Assembly (NCBI RefSeq): GCF_004010195.1
Contig: NC_057718.1
Span: 82,467,243-82,525,126, forward strand
From: Chiloscyllium plagiosum
Taxonomy: Eukaryota
DNA length: 57,884 nt
Direction of reading: 5' to 3'
A program made the translations under genes and the position numbers. The notes under the pieces were generated by a model. That model saw nothing but the letters and a program-made list of their open reading frames with translations, was not told the origin of the DNA and ran no database searches. Shown piece after piece: positions 12,803 to 26,360 of the stretch. The stretch's first letter is position 1. Each line of letters starts with the position of its first letter.

Positions 12803-13160
12803 CGGGGCGGCACAGTGACTCAGTGGTTAACACTGCTACCTCACAACGTTAGGGGCATGGGTTTTGTTTCACCTTTGGGTGACTGTCTGTGTGGAGTTTG
12901 CACATCCTCCCCCAGTGGCATGGGTTTCCTCCAGGTGCTCCGGACACCTTTCACAGTCCAAAGATTAGGTGGATTGGCCATGCTAAATTGCCCAAAGTGT
13001 CCAGGGATGTGTGGGCTGAGTGAATTGGTCATCAGAAATGCAGAATTACAGGGATAGGGTAGGGGGATAGGTCTAGGTGGGATGCTCCTAGGAGGGATGG
13101 TGTGGACTTGCTGGGTAGAATGGTCTGCTTCCACACTGTAGGGATTTTATGATTCTATTC
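12803..13160 (+). mobile_element. HE1-type V-SINE
   Basis: tRNA head, V core, CR1-like tail. Confidence 0.85.
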
Positions 13161-13315
13161 TTTGAACTTTGTTGCTGTTGTAGCCAATATTTTCTGGTTT
13201 GGAAGGTATAATTTCTGAATAGATCAAGATACATACACACATATATATATCCAATCATTTATATTGTAAATTTATATTTTTAGAGAACACAACTTCATAA
13301 CAGTACTTTGTTAAT

Positions 13316-13830
13316 GAGAAGATGAGGAGTGTGGAGCTGGATAGGCACAGCTGGTCAGGCAGCATCCAAGGAACAGTTTCGAACATAAGCTCTTCATCAG
13401 GAATGATAAATGATAAATGGGAGGGGGAGGTGCGGTTGGGAGGGAAGGTAGCTGGGAATACGATAGGTAGATGAAGGTGGGCGGTGAAGGTGATAGGTCG
13501 GAGAGGAGGGTGGAGCAGATAGGTGGGAAGGAAGATGGTCAGGTAGGTCAGCTCAAGAGGGCGGTAGCGAGTTGGAAAGCTGGATCTTGGATAAGGTGGG
13601 AGGGAGGGGGAGGGCAGGAAAATGAGGCAACTGGTGAAATCCACATTGGTTCAGTATAGTTTGAGCGTCCCGAGGTGGAAGATGAGGTGTTCTTCCAGGT
13701 GTCAGGTGACCAGAGATTGGCGGTAGAGGAGGCCCAGGACTTGCACGTCCTTGGTGGAGTCGGAGGAGGAGTTAAAGTGTTCGGCCACAGGGCAGTGGGG
13801 TTGTTTAGTACAGGTGTCCTGGAGATGTTT
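13316..13830 (-). mobile_element. Penelope-like element 3' end with decayed hammerhead (13376-13405)
   Basis: PVAEHFNS endonuclease-region peptide; CUGAUGA A GAGC UUAU GUUC GAAAC on the minus strand. Confidence 0.75.
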
Positions 13831-13859
13831 GTTTAGTGCGGGCATCCCTGAATGAGGAG

Positions 13860-14340
13860 ATGAGAGGGATGAAGGAGGGATATATGTGCACTGGTGGCAG
13901 TTCAGAGAAGCTTCATTAAGTTGATTCCTGGGAGGAAGAGGAAAGATTGAGCAGATTGAACCTATCCTCATTTGAATTTAGAAGAATGAGAGGTTAATTA
14001 CTGAAAAAAAGATTCCAAGGAAACTTGATAGGGTCAATGATTCACTACATGCAAAAGCCTAGAACCAGGGGGCACAGTTTCAAAAGAAGGGATCACCCAC
14101 TTAAGACAGAGATGAGAAGGAAATTCCTGCTTTCAGATGATCATTAATCTTTGAAATTCTCTAGTCTGAGAGCAATGGAGACTGAGTCATTTCATATATT
14201 CAAGGCTGAAGTAAACTTTTTATTCATTTACAAGAGTATCAAAGGATATGGGAATATATAGGAAAGTGAAGTTAAAGCCACTGTCAGGTCAGCAGTGATT
14301 GGATTGTTGGCAGGAGACAAATTTACTACTGCTTCTATTC
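13860..14340 (+). mobile_element. Degenerate CR1 3' fragment
   Basis: tttagaagaatgagagg and agagatgagaaggaaatt CR1 3' motifs. Confidence 0.65.
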
Positions 14341-14399
14341 CTCGTTGAAGAAAATTGAGAATGTTACATCATATTTTCATTTGTATTGTGATATCTTTG

Positions 14400-14790
14400 T
14401 CTCTGAGTAAAAGGTTTAAGGGTTCAAATCTTAGCCTAGAGACTCAAACACAAAGTCCATTCAAGCATTAGTGAACGATGCACTGTGGGATAGCTTCTTT
14501 CAGACAACATGTAAAAGCCAGGCTTTGTCAGCTCTTTCAGGTGGATGTCAAAGATCCCATTACAGTATTTTGAAGAAGAGCAGAGGAGTTCTCCTTGTGC
14601 CCTGGCCAATGTAATTGCTTCAACAAAAAACAAAAGCATAAAATGTCCAATATTTCATTTTATCGTTGTTTATGGGAACTTGTGTGAAGATTCACAGCTG
14701 TGTTTTTTTGTATCAGAACAGTTGTTTTATTTCAAAAGTAGACAATGTTTGTAAGGTACTGACAGGACATTTCAAAGTTGTGATTTATCC
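14400..14790 (+). mobile_element. Deu-domain SINE (SacSINE1/AmnSINE1-like)
   Basis: aggtggatgtcaaagatcccat..gaagaagagcag..ccctggccaat Deu-like core. Confidence 0.7.
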
Positions 14791-14904
14791 TTTTAATGAA
14801 GCTTGCTGATGGTCCAATAGCTTTCCCAAGCTTTACTACCCAGTGGTCACAGCTAAATCAGTTTAGCCAACTGCTTACATACAAGAGCTAAATTCCTGCA
14901 GGGT

Positions 14905-15640
14905 GCAAATACGTCCAGGCCACACAAGTGCCAAGCTGTGGCCATCGCCAACACGTGGGAATATTACCTTTTTCCCTTGACATTCAATCACATTCCTATT
15001 GTTTAATCATCCACCGTCAACATCTTGGTATTATCAACGATCAGAAATGGAACTGGGCCAGCCATATAAATACTGTGGCTCCAAGAGCAGGTCAAAGGCT
15101 GGGAATACCACTGTGAGGAACTCATCTCCTGTTGATCAAAGTTTATCCACTATCCACAAGACACGAGTGTGGTGCGTGATGGAATACTCTCCATTGTCCT
15201 GAATGGGAGCAGGTCTAATAACTTTAAAGAAGTTTGACCCTGTCTAGGTCAAAGCAGCTTGCCGAATCTACACCTCATGCAGCACCTTAAGTATTCACTT
15301 CCTCCATCACTGATTCAGCCAGAGTACTGTGTACCATATCTAAGATGCACTGTAAGAATTTGTCATGCCTCCTTCAATTGTACCTTCTAAACACTTGACA
15401 CAAAATGACAGCATCTGGAAGGATAATGGGCGTAATAGATGCATGGAAATACCACTACCTCCCAGCTCCCCTCTAAGCCATACATCATATAATCTTGGAA
15501 CTATAGCATTATTCATTCAATTTTGTTGAGACAAAATTCAAGAACTCTATTCCTGTCAAAGTTTTGGATGTACCTGCACCAGATAGATGGCAGTGATTCA
15601 AGAATGTGGCTCACCATGAAGCGCTATGGGCATATAGGGA
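14905..15640 (+). mobile_element. CR1-group LINE family 2 3' fragment
   Basis: HINTVAPRAGQRLGI and VMEYSPL peptides. Confidence 0.75.
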
Positions 15641-15649
15641 CAGGCAATG

Positions 15650-18330
15650 TCTGTTGGTCATGCACACTGGCCTCACTAATCTTTGCAGCAGTGTATGCCT
15701 TTGCTTTCAATTTGATGTCATCCTTAACTTCCTTAGTGAGATACAGGAGAAGCTTCTTTCCCATACAATCTCCCTTTCTCAATGGAATATTTCTCCATAA
15801 ATGTCGACTTCTGTTTCTCTATCATCTTATCTGTTTAACTTATTTCCAAGAGCACAATAAGCTTCTCTGTCTTCAAAACTTTGTAATGGTCTTCATTAAG
15901 TTTAAGGCACTAGCTTCAGACTTATGTTCATAACCTGAAACTGAACGTGAAATGTTGTCATGCTGTGAATCCCATTGTCTTGAGAGCCTTTACTAAGAGA
16001 TCATTAGTTAATCATGTCTCAGTGAGCATTACCGGATCTGAAACGACCTGTTCCCTTGTTGGTACCAGAACCTGTTCTAAGAAACAGAGAAATGAACTCT
16101 CTGTACTTGTTGTCAAGGTTACACCTGTCAGTTTGATTTGTTCAATCTACTTGTAAATTTAAACTATAATAACTTTTTTACAAGGTAATTCATCTTTACT
16201 TCTTGATTTATATCTTATTTCTGCCTACTGTGTAGCTGCTGTAAAGAGGCCAAAACGTTACTGCCACCAGTGTTCTCACTAAATGTTTTATTCTGTACTG
16301 ACTTGCAAGGTCTGTGCAAGGCAGAGACTTCTGGAACCGGAGGCCAATGCTGTACACTGTGTCAGAGCACCAATCGCCATGCGCAGAATGAAGTGACTGA
16401 CACAGACAGCTCAGGAGAAATGTTGACCAACTCCAATGACTTATTTCCCTTACTCTGTTTTTATTTCCATCCAAACTGATTCTACAGCTTATCTTCAGAG
16501 ACAAGATCATTTCTCACTACAGTAGTGATCTCTTCCTTTATTAATGGAGCAACCCACCACCTTTGACTTACTTCCTATCTTCCTATGGCTTGAATATTCA
16601 TTTTCTAGCCTTGATAGACTTGCAACTCCATCTCGATGATGGGTATCATATCACACTCATTTATTTTCATTTGTGCTATCAATTCATCCACCTTGTTATA
16701 AATACTGCATGCATTTAGATGAAGAGCCTGTAATTCCATTTTTTAAATGATTTCCTTTGTTCCAATACCATTTACTAGTGCGCTGTTATATTTGTACATT
16801 CTATTCCTTCCTGTCAACTTGAGTTACCATAACCTTTGTTATGCTCCACAGCACTGCTATGTTCTTTTGCATTAACTTTTGAAATCTCCCCTCACATGAA
16901 CCCTTCCCCCTGTGATTTAGTTCAAAGCCTGCTTTCCAGCCCTAGTTAAATGATTTGCCAGTTCACTGGTCTCAGTGTGGTTCAGGTGAAGGCAGTCCCA
17001 GAAATGCAGTGCCTTTGTACTGGAGTACACATGAATCAGAACTCATTTCTCCGAATCAATTTATGAATTTGACACATTCCACCTGCTGGTATTATTTACT
17101 CTTTGCCAATTTGCTTGCTGTTTCAGGTTGTAATCCATAGGTGGTTACTGCTGTAGGTTTGTTTTTCTAATTCAGCACTGAGCTGATCATACTCCCTCAG
17201 CAGAGCCTCTTTTGTAGTCCGGCCCATGTCTTGGGTACTTATGAGGACCACTATAACAGGATCTTTTCCCTCCCACTCCACTTTCCTCTCCTACCATGAG
17301 GAGATGTCCTGAACCACTGGCACTGGGCAGGCAACATAGCTCATGTATACTGGCCCCTACCACTACAATTTCAAACTTGTTTACTCTCCTTGCTTGAATG
17401 ACTCCTTGTGCCATAATGCTGTCGTCAGTTTGCTCATCTTCCTTGCAGTCTCTGCTCTTTTCCACTCAAATTGCAAGAACCTCAAACCCATTGGACAATT
17501 GCAGGGAATGAGTTCCATCAGTGCTACTTTCTGAATCCCTGTACTTGTCTCATCCAAAATCACATGCTTCTATTCCTGACCATGAAGGAAATCAGACGTT
17601 CCTAGGTTGGGGTGGCATAGTGACTCAGTGGTTAGCACTGCTGCTTCACAGCGCCAGGGACCTGGGTTCAATTCCAGCCCTGGACGACTGTCTGTGTGGA
17701 GTTTGCACATCCTCCTCACATTTGTTAAGGTTTCTTCTGGGTGTTCCAGTTTCCTCCCACATTCTTCCTGTGTATGTGTGGATTTCCTTTGCATGCGCTG
17801 GTTTCCTCTCACAATCCAAAGGTGTGCAGGTTAGGTGGATTCACCATATTAAATTGCCCTTAGTGTCCAGGGATGTGTAGACTAGGTGGATTAGCCATGG
17901 GAAATTCAGGGTTACAGGAATGGGGTGGGTCTGAGTGGGTTGCTTTTCAGGGGGTCAGTGTGGACTTGATGGGTCAAATGGCTTGCTTTCACACTGTAAG
18001 GATTTTACGGTGATATTGACTGGAACAAAATGTTCAGACAGCTTTCTCCCTCCTTGAGATATTGTAGTGTCCAAAGCTCAGATTTCAGCTCAGTAGCCTC
18101 AGTGTCAAAGTTCCTGGACTTGCAGAAGTTGACAGCAGATATGATGATTGTGGATCACACTTGTGTTTACCAACATCCATAGGCTAAAGTTGAAGCCCTT
18201 CACTCACCCTGCCATCTCAACTGTATTTTGCTTAACTGATTCGGTTTTCAATTTTCAAAGTGCGACGCAACAATTTCTTGTAGCTATATCAAGTAATTTA
18301 ACTAGCTAAGCTATACATTTAACATATTTA
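15650..18330 (-). mobile_element. Degenerate CR1 5' half (ORF1 esterase-like and ORF2 endonuclease)
   Basis: IVVVGASI, CCLPSA and frameshifted IVVLISTQDMG resemble SGNH-esterase motifs of CR1 ORF1. Confidence 0.55.
17610..18010 (+). mobile_element. HE1-type V-SINE with internal duplication
   Basis: tRNA head, V core, tail. Confidence 0.85.
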
Positions 18331-19409
18331 TATCTTCCCAGTACTCAATTAACCACTTTCCCCAGTTCAGGGAGAAAGTAAACCTTAAAAACAATCAACA
18401 ACAATTACCTGCTCACCTAAGTAATGCCTCTACACTTCAACTCCCAGATTATGATACTTCTTGCTCTGTCTCGGGCCTCTCCTTGTTCTGAAAAGGACCA
18501 GAACTGTTCATCTTGCTTCACGGTATTAAATTCCCCCACTGACCAAATTCCTAGAGTTACACAAGTATTCTATTTGCAGTTGAGGAGGACATTTTTGCAT
18601 TGGCAAAGCCTTCTGCATTTATATTTGCTGAAATTCCAGAAACCTGAGTCAGATCTGGCTGACTTAGGGACCAGTTCTAACTAGCCACACAATAAGTGTG
18701 TCGAGAAAGAAGCTAGTTGATCAGTGACTATGACAGAAAGAAACAACCATTTACATTAAGTTAAATGCTAAATACAAAGTTGACTAGATTTTCGATAAAG
18801 ATCAATCTTAAAATTTTCTCACTCTCCAAGTTTTCTGAGTTAACCAAATACTCCGTCTCGAAATACTCCTTGGAGCTAGGCTCCTTGCTCCTTAACTGCC
18901 TGCTCCTGCTCTCCTGTCAATCCTAGATTGAACTGGCCCATCTTTTTTCTGACCCTCCAAATCATCACGTAATTTCATTAATGCAAGAGCAAGTGATAAG
19001 AATAATCTTTCTATGATTTTGCAAAAAAAAACGACAGGAAAAGATTGCAGTAACTGGCTTGTTCTATAAAGATTAAGATACTACTAACACACACAGGTCC
19101 ATCTAATATTCTGGGAAAAGCAAAAGAAGCATGAAATACTAAGGTCAGTTGGGGTAGAAAAGTCTGAAAAATGTTTTTATGACTTTCCCAGACCATTAAA
19201 ACTAGTCCAGGAAACCATATTGATCATAACTTCTGTTGCTGATATGAGACGGACCTCAGTCCCAGTTGAGAATGATCCAGCTGTCTTTTGCATTTGAATG
19301 GTCAATCTGCACTCACTGCTCAAAATGATAACTTTCTCCATAGGTTGGAATCCTTTACATGACTTGGCTCTATCTAAAACATTGGAAATATTAACATGAG
19401 TAAACTGTA

Positions 19410-20180
19410 CAGTCCCTTGAATCTGCTCTGCTATTGAACAGGATCCTGACTAATCTTCTGCCTCAATTCCACTTTCCCACCCACCCCCCCTTGCCATGCG
19501 ATTGCCTGGGAGACTAAAATCTATCTACCTCAGTCTTAAAAGTAAATAATGTTGAAGGATCCACAATTCTCTGAGGTGGAGAATTCCAAAATTTCACAAC
19601 TATTTGAGTGATGCCGTTTCCTTTTATCTCAGTCCTAAATAATTTGCCCATACCCTGATACAGTGCTCGCATTGTTCTAGATTCCCCAGCTGGTGGGAAA
19701 CAAACTCCTTTAGTGTCTCCTCTATCGAACTCCTACAGAATCTTATATGTTTCAAAGAGGTGACCTCTCATTCCTCTAAACTTCAGAAGCTATAAGGCCC
19801 TATTCAATCAGTGTCATTGTAGGTCATTCGTCTCACCCTCGGATATGTCCAGTAAACCTTTGCTGTGCTTTCTCCAATCCAAGTATAAATATGGAGATCA
19901 AAACTGCATACTGCTCTGGGTGTGATCTCAATACACCCTGAATAATTGTGACACGTTTCCTCATTCCTGTAGTCCAATCCTCATGCAATAAATGCCAACA
20001 CATTATTTCATTTCCTAGTTAGTTGCTGCATGCTAATATTTTTCTCTGAACATTACTGCTTAAAGATTTCAAGACTTCTTTTACAAATTCTGCTTTTCTA
20101 TTCTTTCTAACAACATTTCATGCCTTCCCTACTTTCTGCTCCATCTGCTACCTTGTTTCCCAATCAATTGACTTGTCTAA
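19410..20180 (-). mobile_element. Degenerate CR1 3' fragment
   Basis: Homologous to 46212-47010 in reverse orientation. Confidence 0.65.
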
Positions 20181-20414
20181 ATTTTGTTGTGTCTTTTTTG
20201 TGACACCTCTACAATTTAATGTCATATAGTTCTTACCATGAGAAAAATTGAATCTGTTACCTACACTTACACAACTTATAAGGATCAATCTTGGTCTCCT
20301 GGCCTATTTAATAGGAATAATTTGCAGCAGGGATACAACCCACTCTCTTACAAATTGCCAGTTATCGGTATTCAGTGTTGTACCCAAAGCTATGAGGGAT
20401 TTCTAGTCTAACTT

Positions 20415-20760
20415 TCATAGAATCCCTACAGTGTGGAAAGAGGCCATTTGGCCCATGGACTCTGCACCTACCCTCTGAAGAGCATCTCACCTAAACCCCA
20501 TCCTATCCCTGTAAATCCATATTTGCTATGACTAGCCCACCAAGCCTGTATATCCCTGGACGCTACAGAACAATTTCACATGGCCAATCCGCCTAATCTG
20601 CACATTTTTGGATTTTGGAGGGAAACTAGAGCACCTGATAGAAACTCACGCATACACAGAGAGAATGTGCATAATCCACAGAGTTGCTTAAAGCTGAAAT
20701 CAAACCTGGGTCCCGAGTCCTGTGAGGCATCAATGCTAACCATTGAACCATCATGCCGCC
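20415..20760 (-). mobile_element. HE1-type V-SINE
   Basis: Reverse-complement head, core and tail. Confidence 0.8.
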
Positions 20761-21004
20761 AAACTTTGAAAATAGTCTACTCAGTGATGGACCAAGAACA
20801 TATCCAATAATAAGAGAGTTAAAGAACAGCATTGAGGATACAGCCTTTCATGCCACCAGTCCAGAAAATTTAAAACATAAGACCAGCAAAAGTTAGCAGC
20901 TTTATTTGTGTCAGCATAATCATAGAAAACATTCTAATAAGCTTCTCCATTATATAGGCCTCTGCTGCCCATTCTGTGCATTGATCAGTTCATCAATTTA
21001 GGGA

Positions 21005-21140
21005 CAAAGTGAGAAGTCACATGATATCAGGTTATAGTCCAACAGGTTTATTTGAACTCACAAGTTTTCGGAGCATAACCTCTTCATTGGGTGAAGTGAG
21101 AGGAAAGCACACAGCCACAGAATTTATGGGCAGAGGGATC
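21005..21140 (-). mobile_element. PLE family B terminal fragment with decayed hammerhead
   Basis: caggttatagtccaacaggtttattt shared with the 35.9, 40.2 and 50.5 kb copies. Confidence 0.7.
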
Positions 21141-21454
21141 AAGGGCAGAGAGATCAAAGAGAAAATCACACATACATACCACACTCTTCAAACCTTCACA
21201 TTGTCCCCAAGTACATTACAGCCAGTACTTTTTAAAGTACAGTCACAAGTGTAATGTAAGAATCATGGCCGCCAAATTGCACACACCAAGATACCACATG
21301 TAATGAAGTAATGACTGGGTAATCCATCCCAAAAATATTGAATTGTTGAGTCAATTTTACCTTTATTTTCATTAAACATTAGAAAAGATTGCTGTTTACA
21401 GGAATCATAGAATCTAGCAGGAAGCCATGGCATACTGAATCCGGTCCAAAGAAA

Positions 21455-21718
21455 TCATAGAATGCCTACAGTGTGGGAGCAAGCCTTTTAGCACATTGAG
21501 GCCAGACCGACCCTTTGAAGAGCATCCCACCCTAGCTCACCCCCCTACCCCATCTCTGTAACCCTGCATTTCCTCTAGCTAATTCACCTAGCTTGCACAT
21601 CCCTGGGCAATTTAGCATGGTCAGTCCATATAACCTGTATACCGTTGGACTGTGGGAGGAAACCAGAGCATTCGGAAGAAACCTACGCAGACATGGGGAA
21701 AACGTACAACTCCGCACA
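21455..21718 (-). mobile_element. HE1-type V-SINE, 5'-truncated
   Basis: Core and tail match other copies. Confidence 0.8.
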
Positions 21719-22404
21719 ATCTTGTACCAGTAATACAAGTTTAACTCCAATTCTGACCTCTGGTGCCTCCTGGGGATGAGATCTTGTTTGTAACTTTTAT
21801 AATGTGGTAAGCAGAATGACAAAGCATGTCAGTAACATTGACTTATGTGAGAAAGGACATTATTAATGAAGTCAGCTAAGGTTTTATATTCAGATGTGCA
21901 GAACTAAAATATTTGATGCTAAGAAAAGTACATGGAATTAAACAATGTTGAAAAAGGTGCAGCAGGAAAAAGATTAGGGTGTGCTTCTGACTAAATGTTA
22001 AAACTTTAGTTGCATTGTAGAAAATGTATTGCCAAGGCAAATATTATGTCTGGGTGTGTAGACTGATCCTTTCAAAGGTGATGGATTGCTGATCTCCTTC
22101 CTTACGTCAAATTGTATGATTATATGACAGAACACATTAATAGGATATCTACATTCATCTTTGATTCAAAACAATAGGCCTACTGTAGGGGACATATTGA
22201 AGTGAAAATGGCCTATTCCAATATATGATGTAAAATCTAAAATTTTTCAGTTTATAGTACTGAATCTCAGAAAACATATATTAGCCTTAGAAAGGGTACA
22301 ATCTCGTCTCACCAGAATGAATTCATGGCTGAAAGAATTAAATTATAAGAATGATTGCATAAAACTGGCAAGCAGTGCCTTGGATTGACAAGATTGAGAG
22401 GTGG

Positions 22405-22620
22405 GAGATGGAAATATGTTGCTGAAAAGCGCAGCAGGTCAGGCAGCATCTAGGGAACAGGAGAATCGACGTTTCGGGCATTAGCCCTTCTTCAGGAAGA
22501 AGACTAATGCCCGAAACGTCGATTCTCCTGTTCCCTAGATGCTGCCTGACCTGCTGCGCTTTTCCAGCAACACATTTCCATCTCTGATCTCCAGCATCTG
22601 CAGACCTCACTTTCTCCTCA
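22405..22620. mobile_element. Palindromic mini-PLE (family A) with 15-bp TSD
   Basis: ~88-bp inverted arms across 22405-22584; TSD aagattgagaggtgg at 22390-22404 and 22621-22635. Confidence 0.85.
22465..22498 (-). ncRNA. Minimal type I hammerhead ribozyme (family A)
   Basis: UUC CUGAAGA A GGGC UAAU GCCC GAAACGUC GA: intact core, stem II, palindromic ACGU helix III, GUC site. Confidence 0.7.
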
Positions 22621-22679
22621 AAGATTGAGAGGTGGCCCAATGCTATGTTAAAATCAGAAAATCATCAAAATAGTGTTAG

Positions 22680-22790
22680 GATTCTTGTGAAATAGTGTTA
22701 GCATCTGTGCCTCTGAGACAGAACATTTAGATTCAAGTCCCACCTGCCCTGAAGGTATGTTATAACATGCCTGTACGGGTTGATTCACAA
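22680..22790 (+). mobile_element. Short tRNA-derived SINE
   Basis: Related to 49884-50000; gattcaagtccc B-box-like motif. Confidence 0.45.
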
Positions 22791-23118
22791 TATATGGATA
22801 GAAGCACCACGTACTCTGTTGGCAGATATTATGAAATTAATGTTTGGCCATTTGGGAATACAATCAGAAAACTCTTTCTTATATAATAGTGGAACTCTGG
22901 AACATATCCTGCAATATATTGTGTCAATTGAACTTTTCAGCAGAAGTTGATAATTTTTTTATGAGGTAAGGGTATCAAGGAATGTGTAGTTAAGACTGAT
23001 AAGTGGAGCTAAGATACAGATCAATCATGTTTTGATTGAACAACAGAAAAAAAACTGAAGGACTGAGTAACCTCCGCCCTTTGCTACATTGTAAAAAGAC
23101 CTGTCATAGAGGTCTTTG

Positions 23119-25350
23119 AGTCATAGAGTCATAGAGTTCTACAGTACGGAGACAGGCCCTTTGGCCCAAACTGGTCCATGCTGACCAAAATGTCCGTCAA
23201 TGCTAACCCCATTTCCCTATACTTAACACATATCCTTCCAAACCTTTCCTATCTATGTATTTATCCAAATGCCTTTTAAATGTTGTTAATGTACCCACCT
23301 CAACCACTTCCACTGGCAGCACATTCCATATGTATGCCACTCTCTGTGTAAAAATGTTGCCCCTCAGGTTCCCTTTTATTCTTTCCCCTCTAACCTTAAA
23401 CTGATGTCCTCTAGTCCTTGATTCCCAAGCCTAGGAAAAAGATTGAGTGCATTCACCTTATTCATACCTCTCATGATCTTATACACTTCTATAAGATTCC
23501 CCCTCAGTCTCCTAAGCTCTAAAGAAAAAAAGTCCTAGCTTGTCCAACCTCTTCCTGTAGCTCAGACCATTGAGTCCTGACAACATCTTTATAAATTTCT
23601 CCTCCACTCTTTCCAGTTTAAAAATATTGTTCTTACAACAAGGTGACCAAAACTGAACATAATACTCCAAATGCAGCCTCACCAAGTTGTACAACTGCAA
23701 CATAAATTCCTAACTTCTCTACTCAATGCCCTGACTGATGAAGGCCAGTGTGCCAAAAGCCTCCTTCACTGCCCTGTCTACCTGTGACCCCACTTTCAGA
23801 GAACCATGCACCTGAACTCCAAGGTCCCTCTATTCCACTACATTCCTTAAGGCCCTACCATTCACCATGAAACTCCTACCTTGATCCGACTTTCCAGAAT
23901 GTAAGACCTCACACTTATCTATATTAAATTCTATTTGCCATTTCTCAGCCCACTTCCCCAGCTGATCAAGGTCCTGCTGCAGTTTCCGATAACCTTCCTC
24001 ACCTGTCCATGATACTGCCTATTTTAGTGTCATCTGCAAACTTACTAATCATGCTTCGTACATCCTCATCCAAATCATTGATGTAGATAACAAAACAGTA
24101 ATGGGCCTGGCACCAACACCTGAGGCACTCCACTAGTCACAGGCTTCTAGTCTGACAAGCATCTTTCCACTGTTACCCTCTGCTTCCTACCATCAAGCCA
24201 ATTGTATATGCAATTTGTCAGCTTCCCCTGGATTCCATGTGATCTAACCTTCCAGAGCAGTCTATCATGTTGAATCTTATCAAAGATCTTACTGAAATCC
24301 ATTAGGTCTACATCTACTGCCCTGCTCTCATCAATCTTCCTGGTCACTTCATCAAAGAACTCTAACACATTTGTGAGGCATGAACTCCCACACACAAAGC
24401 CATGCTGACTGCTCCTAATTAAACCCTGTCTTTACAAATATATCTTATCTCTCAGAATCTTCCCAAGTAACTTACCTACCACAAATGCTAGGCTTACCGG
24501 TCTATGGTTCCCAGGTTTTTCTATGCAGTCCTTCTTGAATAAGGCCACAATGTTTGCTACCCTCCAGTCTTTCAGAACTTCACCCATGGCTAATGATGAT
24601 GCAAAAATATCAGCCAGGGCACCACAATTTTTTTTCTCTCGCCTCTTGCTGTATTTTTCGATACATCTGGTAAGGACCAGGAGATTTATCCACCTTCATA
24701 CGTTCTAATACACAACACCTCCTCTACTGTGTTATGGACTGTCACCAAGGTATCACCACTAACTTCCCCAACTTCCCAAGTCTTCATGTCTTTCTCCACA
24801 GTAAACATAGAGGAGAAATAATCATTGAGGACCTTGCCCATCTCATGCGGTTCTACACATACATGCCCACTTTAGTCCTAATCTCTCTCTAAATATTCTT
24901 TTTCCTTTAATATATTTAAAGAACCCCTTTGAATTCACCCTAACCTTCTCTGCCAATGCTACCTCATGCCCCTTTTTCACCTTCTTCTGTAAACTCCTGT
25001 AATCCCTGTACACTTCCAGGGATTCCCTTGATCCCAGCCGGCTGTACCTGAGCCGTACCTCCTTTTTTCTGGTCAAAGCCTCATCATATGTTGTCATCCA
25101 GGGTTCCCTATTCCTATCAACCTTGCCCTTCGCCCTCACAGGAACATATAGACTTTGAACTCTCACTATCTCACTTTTAAAGGCCTCCCACTTGCCAGAG
25201 GTCTCTTTGCCTGCAAACTACTCCAATCAACCCGTGTAAGCTCATGTTTTATTTCATTAAAATTCACCTTGCCCCAATTTCCAACTTGAATCTGTGACCA
25301 GTTTAGTTCCTCTCCATAACTATTTTAAAATTAATAGAACTATGGTCACT
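23119..25350 (-). mobile_element. CR1 LINE ORF2 remnant
   Basis: SCLTNVLEFFDEVT..DFSKIFDKI and LVRLHLEYYVQFWSP peptides; ctatgact tail at the left end. Confidence 0.9.
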
Positions 25351-25351
25351 G

Positions 25352-26345
25352 GGAACAGACAGTAGGGATGAAAGGGTCTTTCTCAGGAAGGCAGCTGGTG
25401 ATAAGTGGTGTTCTGCACAGTGTTGGGACCACAACTTTTCACTTTATACATTAACGATCTAGACGAAGGAACTGAGGGCATTCTGGCTTAGTTTGCAGAC
25501 AATACAAAGATAGGCAGAGGGGCAGGTAGAATTGAGGAGGCAGGGAGGCTGCAGAAGGATTTGGACAGGTTAGGAGTATGGGCAAAGAAGTGGCAGATGG
25601 AGTACAACGTGGAAAAGTGTAAGGTCATGCACTTTGGTAAGAAGAATAGAGGCATGGACTGTTTTCTAAATGGGGAGAAAATTCATAAGTCTAAATTGCA
25701 AAGAGACTTGGGAGTTCTAATCCAGGATTCTCTCAAGATAAACTTGCAGGTTGAGTCAGTAGTTAGGAAGGCAAATGCAATGTTGGCATATCATTTGGGA
25801 GGACTTGAATATAAAAGCAGGGATATACCTCTGAGGCTCTATAAGGCTCTGGTCAGACCACATTTAGAGTATTGTGTGCAGTTTTGAGGCCCAATGCCTC
25901 AGGAAGGATGCATTGGCCCTGGAGTGGGTTCAGAATGATTCATAAGAATGGTCCCAGGAATGAAAAGCTTAACATATAAGGAATGTTTGATGACTCTGGG
26001 TCTATACTTGATGGCGTTTAGAAGGATGAGGGGGGATCTAATTGAAACTTACAAATGGCCTGGGTGTTGGGAAGATGTTTCCATTGGTAGGAGAGACTAA
26101 GACCTGAGGGCACAACCTTAGAGTAAAGGGAAGACCCTTTAGAACAGAGATGAGGAGAAACTTCTTCAGTCAGAGACTAGTGAATCTAGGGAATTCACTG
26201 CCACAGAAGCTGTGGTGGCCAGGTCATTGATCGTATTTAAGACAAAGACAGATAGGTTCTTGATTTTCAAGGGGATCAAAAGAGTTTCAGGGAGAAAGCG
26301 GGAGAATGGGATTTAGAAACTTGTCAGCCATGATTGAATGGCAGT
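25352..26345 (+). mobile_element. CR1 LINE RT C-terminal and 3' remnant
   Basis: WQMEYNVEKCKVMHFG..LVRPHLEYCVQF. Confidence 0.9.
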
Positions 26346-26360
26346 AGACAAGCAGGAGGC

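Noticed and set aside
19000..19400. Possible exon of a divergent neighbour such as a BANF-like gene
   Set aside because: Minus-strand translation gave no convincing match or clear splice structure
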